Origin: Elusimicrobiota bacterium | Lineage (GTDB): Bacteria; Elusimicrobiota; Elusimicrobia; Elusimicrobiales; UBA9959 | Length of the DNA stretch: 36,894 bases | Direction: 5' to 3' | Assembly: GCA_030637365.1 (NCBI GenBank) | Contig: DAOWGR010000023.1 | Span: forward strand, 1-36,894 | Shown here: positions 8,176 to 15,759 of the stretch, piece by piece | Numbering within the stretch: position 1 is the stretch's first letter | Layout of the letters: each line of letters starts with the position of its first letter | Program-made: the position numbers and the translations under genes | Notes under the pieces: generated by a model | What the model saw: only the letters and a program-made list of their open reading frames with translations | Database searches by the model: none | What the model was told of the DNA's origin: nothing

Positions 8176-10059
8176 ATGACAATCAAGGAAAACTTAATTT
8201 TTAAATTCTTTTTCGTATTTTTTATTTCATTGCGATTGGCCGCGGGACAACCGGCGATTGCTTTGGATAAAGATGATGAATTCGGCGATTATAGAGAAAA
8301 AATAATAAATACGGCCAGAGAGCTTGGCATTGGCGTTTATGAAGATTTGTCCGTTGAATTTGCCGGCGAAGAAATTATTTTTTCAGAACCTGTAAATTTC
8401 GGACAAACTTTTGAAGTTTCGCCGTCGGCATTCGCATACGCGGATGAAAACAATCAGAACGGCTTTGGCAAAGGGCAAGAATTTAAAATCGGTCAAACGG
8501 CGATTAAGCGTTATGATGTTTCCGCCGGGCGCGATATGCCAAAAACAGCGGTTGAAGAGAAGGCCGGAGAATCGTCTTTTTTTCGGGGATTTTTCACCGG
8601 AGTAAGAAATTTCTTTGGTTCAACTTTCAAAAAAAATAATCAAACAGATTCTCAGCGGACCGAGCAGCCTCAGATTCCAAAAAAGAAATCAAGTTCTTCT
8701 TTAGCCGATAAACTCACTGGAGGCATAGCTACTTTTTTTTACACTTTTAAAGCCAAAATAATGGATTCCGGCTTTTTTCCGTGGACCATTGCCGCTCCGT
8801 CATTTGATGAAATATCCAAGAATGCGATAGCTATGGTAAAAAATTCCGGTTTTAAGCCAAGAAAAGTCGGACAGACCTCTTTGCTTAAAGAAGAAGGCTT
8901 TATAAAAGAATTGGAAACATTGACGGGAGCTAAATTTACCGAAGGAAATACAGTGAAGTTTCTAATAGACGGCAAAGCATCTTTTGCTATAAGGGACAAG
9001 CTTATAAGAGAGGCGAAAAAAAGCGTTTATATCGGCACATTTATCTTTCACGATGATATTACCGGCAATGAAACCGCCGATATGCTTGTAGCCAAGAAGA
9101 ATGAGGGAGTTGATGTTAAAATAATTCTTGATCATAAAATTGCTTATATGCTCGGAACAAAAGTTATTAAACGCATGCAAAAAGCCGGAATAGAGATTAT
9201 ACGCCATATGGATTCAAAAAGAACAGGGGATTATTGGCATGTAAAATTGCTGATAGTGGATGATAAATACGCTGTTGTCGGCGGCATAAATTATGGCGAT
9301 TCATATTCTCATAAGGACCCCGACGGTCAAAAATGGCGAGATACCGATGTTTTTTATTCGGGTTTGGCCGTAATGGAGACAAAGAAAATTTTCGCCGAAA
9401 ATTGGAACAGTAAGGTGATGGAAAGTGGGCTTGATTTTGGAAAAGTGGATATGGATATTTCGCCAAGCCCGGGTTTCGATAAAGGTTCGGCTCGCATAGC
9501 GGTGGTTTTCCAAAATCCTCCCAATGCTTCCTCGTCACCGGTGCTTTTTAGTATCCTGAAGGCTATTTATGGCGCCACTGAGCGCGTTAATATTGAGAAT
9601 GCTTATTTTATCGCAATTCCGGCTGTCAGTCAGGCGATATTGGATGCCAAAGCGCGAGGCGTCAAAGTCAATATCCTGACCAATTCCGAGAAAACCATAG
9701 ACGGTGATTGTGACTATATGGCGAATTCCATAATCAAAGGACTTATACCGTTGATTCATGAAGGCATCAATGTATACTTAAAAAAAGGCAATACGCTTCA
9801 CAGTAAATTTATGACTGTTGACGGCGTTTTCTGCTCTATCGGTTCATATAATTTGCGCCCCAGGAGTGAAAGATACGATACGGAACTGAATGTCAATGTT
9901 ATAGACCATATATCCGTTAGGAAACTTGAGGAGGTGTTTGCTAAAGATATATCTGAAGCGACAAAAATAAATTCGGTGGAAGATCTTAATTATAAGCCGA
10001 CTTGGCTGTCAAAAATAATGGAAAAATATTTTTACGCCATGCTTTCGCCGGAAAAATAA
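8176..10059 (+). CDS. Secreted PLD-superfamily protein, copy 3
   Basis: ATG at 8176 is preceded by GGAG (8165-8168) and aligns with the starts of copies 1 and 2. HKD motifs WHVKLLIVDDKYAVVGGINY and LHSKFMTVDGVFCSIGSYNL. The ORF-track start at 8122 is an upstream extension. Confidence 0.85.
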   Translation: MTIKENLIFKFFFVFFISLRLAAGQPAIALDKDDEFGDYREKIINTARELGIGVYEDLSVEFAGEEIIFSEPVNFGQTFEVSPSAFAYADENNQNGFGKGQEFKIGQTAIKRYDVSAGRDMPKTAVEEKAGESSFFRGFFTGVRNFFGSTFKKNNQTDSQRTEQPQIPKKKSSSSLADKLTGGIATFFYTFKAKIMDSGFFPWTIAAPSFDEISKNAIAMVKNSGFKPRKVGQTSLLKEEGFIKELETLTGAKFTEGNTVKFLIDGKASFAIRDKLIREAKKSVYIGTFIFHDDITGNETADMLVAKKNEGVDVKIILDHKIAYMLGTKVIKRMQKAGIEIIRHMDSKRTGDYWHVKLLIVDDKYAVVGGINYGDSYSHKDPDGQKWRDTDVFYSGLAVMETKKIFAENWNSKVMESGLDFGKVDMDISPSPGFDKGSARIAVVFQNPPNASSSPVLFSILKAIYGATERVNIENAYFIAIPAVSQAILDAKARGVKVNILTNSEKTIDGDCDYMANSIIKGLIPLIHEGINVYLKKGNTLHSKFMTVDGVFCSIGSYNLRPRSERYDTELNVNVIDHISVRKLEEVFAKDISEATKINSVEDLNYKPTWLSKIMEKYFYAMLSPEK

Positions 10060-10114
10060 GAGGCGCGGAAGTTCGAAAGCGCGAAATACCGGATAGAAAC
10101 GGAATTATATAAAT

Positions 10115-10150
10115 AAATCGCAAATCCCCGGGATTTGCGATTTGTTTTTT
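10115..10150 (+). terminator. Rho-independent terminator after the PLD triplet
   Basis: AAATCGCAAATCCC / GGGATTTGCGATTT is a near-perfect palindrome followed by G-TTTTTT. Confidence 0.75.
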
Positions 10151-10329
10151 GCAGTGATTTCGTTCTGTTATTTAATTGTTATTTGCAATTTATACATTGA
10201 TGTTTTTTATTTTTATAACTTGCATATTGTTTTTTTGATTTGTCGTTTGCCGCTATTTACTAATTACTGTTTACCGGTTGCTGGTTGTTCTTGTGGCAAT
10301 ATTCCCCTAAAAAACATAAAATATACTCT

Positions 10330-10881
10330 ATGCATGGCGATATAAAAGAAGTGCTTATAACCGAAGAACAAATTAAGGTTCGCGTCAAAGAGCTTGCTGA
10401 AAAAATATCCAAAGACTATAAAGGGCGATGCCCGGTTTTTGTCGGTGTTTTAAAAGGATGCGTGTTTTTTCTTTCAGACCTTTTAAAACACATAACGATT
10501 GATTGCAATGTTGATTTTATGGGTCTTTCTTCTTACTCCGGCACGCAATCAACGGGAATTGTAAGAACAGTCTTGGATTTAAAAGAAAGCATAGAGGATA
10601 AGGATGTTATAATCGTGGAGGATATAGTGGATTCAGGCCTTTCAATGGAATATCTTCTTCATAATTTTAAGAGCAGGCGTCCGAGGTCGGTTAAAATATG
10701 CACTATGCTTGATAAGCCCTCCGCCAGAAAGGTGCGTGTTCCGGTTAAATACGCGGGCTTTGAAATACCCGAGAAATTTGTAGTCGGTTATGGTTTGGAT
10801 TTTAATGAACTTTACCGTAATTTGCCGTATATCGGAGTGATTAAAAAATCAGCTGTTGAAAAGGATAAGAAATGCCGCTAA
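10330..10881 (+). CDS. hpt: Hypoxanthine(-guanine) phosphoribosyltransferase
   Basis: MHGDIKEVLITEEQIKVRVKELAEKIS..., PRPP-binding VIIVEDIVDSGLSM, C-terminal VVGYGLDFNELYRNLPYIGV. The conserved hpt-ftsH pairing is present. Confidence 0.9.
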   Translation: MHGDIKEVLITEEQIKVRVKELAEKISKDYKGRCPVFVGVLKGCVFFLSDLLKHITIDCNVDFMGLSSYSGTQSTGIVRTVLDLKESIEDKDVIIVEDIVDSGLSMEYLLHNFKSRRPRSVKICTMLDKPSARKVRVPVKYAGFEIPEKFVVGYGLDFNELYRNLPYIGVIKKSAVEKDKKCR

Positions 10882-12707
10882 AAAAAATCTCAAATAAAAT
10901 GCCCTTGAATAAAAATACCAGACAAATCCTCTTTTGGATTATTACTTTTCTTCTTTTTATCACGCTTTATCATAACTTTAAAAATCTGGAAACCGTGAAA
11001 CAAATTCCTTATTCGGAATTCAAACAAAAGTTGAAATCCAAAAAAATAATAAAAGTGGTTGTTTCGCCGAATTTGATAAAGGGAGAGATGCAGGATAGCG
11101 GCATGGATGTTAAATTCAGAACTTTGCCTCTTCCCGATTCAAAACTCATTGAAGATATGGAAGCGAGCGGAATTAAATCCTTTTCCGGCGAACCGGATAG
11201 AAGCTGGGTTATAAGTTTGCTTTTAAATGTGGGCTGGATTTTTCTATTTATTTTTTTGTGGTGGTTTTTATTCTTGAGACAATCTCAAATGGGCGGCAAG
11301 GGGGCCATGAGTTTTGGGCGTTCGCGCGCGAAAGAACAGGATTTAAAAAAACAAAAAATCACTTTTAAAGATGTTGCCGGTTGTGATGAGACCAAAGAAG
11401 AATTGAGCGATATCGTGGATTATCTTAAAAATCCAAAAAAATACAAACAATTGGGCGGCGTTTTGCCCAAGGGCATGCTCTTATTCGGCCCTCCGGGAAC
11501 GGGCAAAACTTTGCTTGCCAGAGCGGTCGCCGGAGAAGCTCAAGTTCCGTTTTATACTTCGTCAGGTTCCGAGTTTGTTGAGATGTTTGTCGGCGTGGGG
11601 GCTTCTCGCGTCAGGGATTTGTTTGAAAAAGCCAAAAAAAACGCTCCCGCCATTATATTTGTTGACGAACTGGATGCGGTAGGCAGGCGCAGATTTGCCG
11701 GCATTGGCGGCGGACATGATGAAAGAGAGCAGACCTTAAATCAGCTTTTGGTTGAGCTTGACGGTTTTGAGGGCAATGAAAATGTTATTTTAATAGGCGC
11801 GACCAACAGGCCGGATGTTCTTGATCCCGCGTTGCTTAGGCCGGGGCGTTTTGACAGGCGCATAAATGTTCCCGCGCCGGATATCATGGGCAGAGAGGAA
11901 ATTCTTAAGGTTCACGCTAAAAAAATAAAACTTTCTCCCGATATTGATCTTGGAATCATAGCAAGAAGAACTCCCGGTTTTGTCGGAGCCGATTTGGCCA
12001 ATATTATAAACGAATCAGCCATATTCGCGGCCAGAAAAAACAAAAAATTCGTCGAGATGGAAGATATTGAGGAGTCCATAGAAAGAGTGATAGCGGGTCC
12101 GCAGAGAAAAACAAGAATAATATCCGAGAAAGAGAGAAAGGTCATAGCTTTTCACGAAGCGGGACATGCTCTGATTGCCAAACTTTTGCCTCATACCGAT
12201 CCCGTGCATAAAATTTCCATAGTTCCCAGAGGGCCCGCTTTAGGCTATACCCTTCAATTGCCTGTTGAAGATAAGTATTTAACCACCAAAAGCGAGATTA
12301 TCAATAAGCTTTCAATTCTTTTGGGCGGCAGAGCCGCCGAAGAAATAGTATTTGATGAAATTACAACCGGAGCGCAGGATGATTTGTCCAAGGTGACCAA
12401 TTATGCGCAAAAGATGGTTCTTGAATTCGGGATGAGTGAAAAAATAGGCCTTATCACTTTAAGAAAAGATGAATCTGAAGTATTTCTGGGAAGGGATATT
12501 GCCAAACAGCCGGGTTATTCCAATGAAATGGCTAAGAATGTTGATGATGAGATTAAACGAATAGTCAGCGAGTGTTATGTGAAAGCCAAGGAAATGTTGA
12601 CTGATGAAAGACATTTGCTAAATTCTCTGGCCGAAAAGCTTTTGGAAAAAGAAATTCTGGAATCAGATGAAATTGATTTAATAGTTAATGGCAATGCCGC
12701 CGCATAG
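10872..12707 (+). CDS. ftsH: ATP-dependent zinc metalloprotease FtsH
   Basis: Two TM segments, Walker A GPPGTGKT, Walker [31 protein letters not shown], Zn site HEAGHA. Confidence 0.95.
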   Translation: MPLKKISNKMPLNKNTRQILFWIITFLLFITLYHNFKNLETVKQIPYSEFKQKLKSKKIIKVVVSPNLIKGEMQDSGMDVKFRTLPLPDSKLIEDMEASGIKSFSGEPDRSWVISLLLNVGWIFLFIFLWWFLFLRQSQMGGKGAMSFGRSRAKEQDLKKQKITFKDVAGCDETKEELSDIVDYLKNPKKYKQLGGVLPKGMLLFGPPGTGKTLLARAVAGEAQVPFYTSSGSEFVEMFVGVGASRVRDLFEKAKKNAPAIIFVDELDAVGRRRFAGIGGGHDEREQTLNQLLVELDGFEGNENVILIGATNRPDVLDPALLRPGRFDRRINVPAPDIMGREEILKVHAKKIKLSPDIDLGIIARRTPGFVGADLANIINESAIFAARKNKKFVEMEDIEESIERVIAGPQRKTRIISEKERKVIAFHEAGHALIAKLLPHTDPVHKISIVPRGPALGYTLQLPVEDKYLTTKSEIINKLSILLGGRAAEEIVFDEITTGAQDDLSKVTNYAQKMVLEFGMSEKIGLITLRKDESEVFLGRDIAKQPGYSNEMAKNVDDEIKRIVSECYVKAKEMLTDERHLLNSLAEKLLEKEILESDEIDLIVNGNAAA

Positions 12708-12745
12708 GGCGCAGTTGCTTACCGCCGAATTCAAGGATTATATCA

Positions 12746-13522
12746 ATGTATATACAATACGCGAAAAATATCATAGATATATTTGTCGTTTATTGTATCG
12801 TTTATCACCTGATACTTCTTATTAAGGGCACCAGAGCCATGCAAGTAATATGGGGAGTTTTTATTCTTGCCATTATTACAGCCATAGCCAAGCTTTTAAA
12901 TTTATCCGCCACAATGTGGATGATGCAGCAATTTTGGCTTGCCGGTATTTTTCTTTTAATCGTGGTGTTTCAGCCTGAAATACGCTCCGCCCTCGCCAAT
13001 ATAGGAGCTAATCCTCTGGGAAGAATTTTAATGCCTCAGGAATATAAATTTATAAAAGAGATGATGAGCGCTTTAAAGACTGCCTCGGATGACAGAACGG
13101 GAATGATTATCGTTCTTGAGCAGGATATGGGGCTTAAAGACATTATGGATACGGGCATTATGATAAGCGGAGAAGTAAGCAAAGAGCTTTTGCTCACAAT
13201 ATTTTTTAATAAGACTCAACTGCATGACGGAGCGGTAATAATAAGCAAAAACCGTTTAATCGCGGCCGGATGCATATTGCCTTTAACCGAACAAAAAGAG
13301 CTTTCAATGATGCTTGGCATGAGGCATAGAGCGGCGCTCGGCCTCAGCGAAATTTGTGATTCCATTATAATTGTGGTGTCCGAGGAGACGGGACAAATTT
13401 CTTTGGCGAGAAACGGCAAGCTTCAGCAATCGGTGGATATTGATAAGCTTGAGAATATGCTTTATACTCTTTACCGTTCAAAATCTGAAAAAACCTTGCT
13501 TAGAAGGCAGTCAAGACAATGA
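12746..13522 (+). CDS. cdaA: Diadenylate cyclase CdaA (DisA_N domain, three N-terminal TM helices)
   Basis: LHDGAVIISKNRLIAAGCILPL, GMRHRAALGLSE and DSIIIVVSEETGQISLA are DAC-domain signatures. Confidence 0.9.
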   Translation: MYIQYAKNIIDIFVVYCIVYHLILLIKGTRAMQVIWGVFILAIITAIAKLLNLSATMWMMQQFWLAGIFLLIVVFQPEIRSALANIGANPLGRILMPQEYKFIKEMMSALKTASDDRTGMIIVLEQDMGLKDIMDTGIMISGEVSKELLLTIFFNKTQLHDGAVIISKNRLIAAGCILPLTEQKELSMMLGMRHRAALGLSEICDSIIIVVSEETGQISLARNGKLQQSVDIDKLENMLYTLYRSKSEKTLLRRQSRQ

Positions 13523-13617
13523 ATCTTCCTGAATTGATAACCAAAAACTGGCAGATTAAAATTCTATCGCTCATAATAGCCGTTCTTATTTGGTATTTTA
13601 AGCTCAGCGGTGTTTAA
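13519..13617 (+). pseudogene. cdaR: 32-codon stub resembling the N-terminal membrane anchor of CdaR/YbbR
   Basis: ATGA overlap with the cdaA stop. MNLPELITKNWQIKILSLIIAVLIWYFKLSGV* resembles the typical YbbR-family N-terminus (xNxxLKxLSLxxAxxLW). No YbbR repeat domains follow. The next gene starts at 13624. Confidence 0.45.
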
Positions 13618-13623
13618 GCGAAT

Positions 13624-15501
13624 ATGGTTAAAAAAGTGCGTAAAAAAAACATCATTTTTTTTGGAATATTTTTATTGATTGGAGTTTTGGGCGCAAATGC
13701 CGCGGATAGTCCCACTATCCGCTTATCGACCGAAGGGCGATCAAAAAAAACAAGCGGCGCCAATAGAGCCGCAAGCGGGTGGCGGGACAGTTTTAATCCT
13801 GCCGGCTGGCAAACCAATAATAATTTTCCTTTAATAGGCTCGCCAAAAGCCAAAAAAGGCGGAACCATGCGTTTTTTTTGGCGCAGTTATCCCGCCACAT
13901 TAAGAACAAACGGCCCTAACGCGAATTTTTTTACCATTCAGGAAATTCAAAGCGTGGTTTATGAATCTTTAATTGATATTCATCCCGAGACAATGGAATA
14001 TATTCCCGGCCTTGCCGATTATTGGCGCGTGTCCCCAGATAAAAGAAAATTTTCATTTCATATAAATCCGAAAGCCGCATGGGCGGACGGAAGTCCGGTT
14101 ACGGCCGAGGATATTGTGGCCACTTGGGAATTTCGGACTCGCGCCGATATAAAAGATCCATATTCGGTTATGATGTGGGCCGATAATTTTGAAAAACCCA
14201 TAGCTGAAAGCGAATATGTTGTTTCGGTTAAAACAAAAAAACTTAATTGGCGTTTGTTTTTATATTTCGGCAGAATGGATATATATTCCGCCAAAGAAAT
14301 GAAAAAACTTGCCGGAAAAGAATATCTTAGGGACTATAATTGGAAGATGCAAATGGGTTCGGGTCCTTATGAATTAAAATCCGAAAACATTAAAAAAGGG
14401 CATTCTTTAATTATTACAAGGCGTGAGGATTATTGGGCCGCCAATGAGCGAAGAAATATCGGCGTTAATAATTTTGACGCGGTATCCTGGATTGTAATTT
14501 TGGATGAAGAATTGGCGTTTGAAAAATTTAAAAAAGGGGAGATTGATTTTTATTATGTTTCAAGGGCGCAGAGATGGGCAAATGAATGTGATTTTGACAA
14601 AATAAAAAAAGGCTGGATACAAAAGCGCAAAATTTATACTCAAGCTCCGGAAAGTTTTTTGGGTTTTGCTTTCAATATGAGAAAGCCGCCTTTTGATAAT
14701 CGCGACGTGAGAAAGGCTTTTTCTTTTCTTCTAAATCGCGAAAAGCTTTTAGACAAGCTTTTTTTTAATGAATACGCCTATATAGACACTTATTTTCCCG
14801 GCGGAGAATGGGGAAATCCAAATAATCCGAAAGTGCGACATAATCCGAGAAGAGCCGCCAAACTTCTTAAAAAGGCGGGATGGAAGAACAGGAATAAAGA
14901 GGGCTGGCTTATTAAAGACGGAAAAATTTTTGAACTGACGCTTGAATACGGGTTTAATGGCTGGACCAAGATTCATAAGGTTATCAAAGAAGATATGAAA
15001 AAAGCCGGAATTAAGCTTAATCTCAAATTGATTGATCCCAGAACCTTGATGAAGAAGGTAAATGAACGCAATTTTACCTTGCATTATAAACTATGGGGCG
15101 GCTTCCTGTTTCCAAATCCCGCCGTTATGTGGTCGTCTGAGCTTGCCGATGAAAAATATAATAATAATTTACCCGGATTTAGAAATGAGAAAGTTGACGC
15201 GCTATGCGCGAAATATGACCGCGCGTTTGACAGAGAAGAGCAGAAAAAAATCATAAAGAAGATTGATGCCGCGATTTTTAGGGAATATCCTTATGCGCTT
15301 TCATGGTATACCGATTTTAATCGTATTCTTTATGCCAATAAATTCGGTCATCCGAAAACATATTTTTCAAAGATTGGAGATTTTAGAGACATAAAAACAC
15401 TTTGGTGGCTGGACGCGCCCAAAGAAAAAGCTTTGTCTGAGGCTGTAAAAGAAAATAAGAGTTTGCCGGTTGGAAAAATCATCCAAAAGCCATGGAAATA
15501 G
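13624..15501 (+). CDS. yejA: ABC transporter substrate-binding protein, family 5, YejA-like, copy 1 (carries palindromic-element insert after signal peptide)
   Basis: Signal peptide IIFFGIFLLIGVLGANA, about 600 aa, paralogue of 15760-17541. Lies in an operon with YejB/YejE-like permeases. Confidence 0.85.
   Translation: MVKKVRKKNIIFFGIFLLIGVLGANAADSPTIRLSTEGRSKKTSGANRAASGWRDSFNPAGWQTNNNFPLIGSPKAKKGGTMRFFWRSYPATLRTNGPNANFFTIQEIQSVVYESLIDIHPETMEYIPGLADYWRVSPDKRKFSFHINPKAAWADGSPVTAEDIVATWEFRTRADIKDPYSVMMWADNFEKPIAESEYVVSVKTKKLNWRLFLYFGRMDIYSAKEMKKLAGKEYLRDYNWKMQMGSGPYELKSENIKKGHSLIITRREDYWAANERRNIGVNNFDAVSWIVILDEELAFEKFKKGEIDFYYVSRAQRWANECDFDKIKKGWIQKRKIYTQAPESFLGFAFNMRKPPFDNRDVRKAFSFLLNREKLLDKLFFNEYAYIDTYFPGGEWGNPNNPKVRHNPRRAAKLLKKAGWKNRNKEGWLIKDGKIFELTLEYGFNGWTKIHKVIKEDMKKAGIKLNLKLIDPRTLMKKVNERNFTLHYKLWGGFLFPNPAVMWSSELADEKYNNNLPGFRNEKVDALCAKYDRAFDREEQKKIIKKIDAAIFREYPYALSWYTDFNRILYANKFGHPKTYFSKIGDFRDIKTLWWLDAPKEKALSEAVKENKSLPVGKIIQKPWK
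13710..13787 (+). repeat. 78-nt palindromic element (copy B), translated in frame within yejA-like copy 1
   Basis: Arms TCCCACTATCCGCTT (13710-13724) and AAGCGGGTGGCGGGA (13773-13787): 12 Watson-Crick pairs, 2 G-U pairs, 1 mismatch. It has the same A8 run (13743-13750) and the same internal order as copy A. It is absent from the paralogue at 15760. Confidence 0.85.
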
Positions 15502-15526
15502 TTCCTTTAAAAACGGAACTATTTCC
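15494..15526 (+). promoter_or_regulatory. Stop-codon-spanning hairpin after yejA copy 1 (no T-run)
   Basis: GGAAATAGTTCC (15494-15505) and GGAACTATTTCC (15515-15526) form a perfect 12-bp stem with a 9-nt loop. The stem includes the TAG stop. Confidence 0.5.
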
Positions 15527-15759
15527 AAGTCACCAGTCACCATGTCTCCAGAATTTGGTAATTAGTAAATGGAAGTTTCGTTAATTAACATCTGTCCTTT
15601 GTTTCTGTTTTTTTGTTCCGTATCGCTGCCACGCTGTAGCTCTGCCGCGCTGTTTCTGTCTCTTTGTAATAAGTTTCTATATTTGATAGTTTATTAACAG
15701 TATTGGGAATTACCAAAAATTTGAGTTCTTATTTTTTTAAAACGAGGTGAAAAACGCGT

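Noticed and set aside
15527-15759. Unusually long gaps within the operon (15527-15759, 17564-17675, 18723-18882), with short direct repeats such as AGTTTGTTATTTG (twice near 18792 and 18856) and CTCTAAACTCTGAACTCTAAACT. These might be small RNAs or a degenerate repeat array.
   Set aside because: The repeats are short and AT-rich and have no regular spacing, so this is not CRISPR-like. I cannot distinguish them from low-complexity promoter or UTR sequence by eye. They are worth an RNA-seq look but are not supportable as features.
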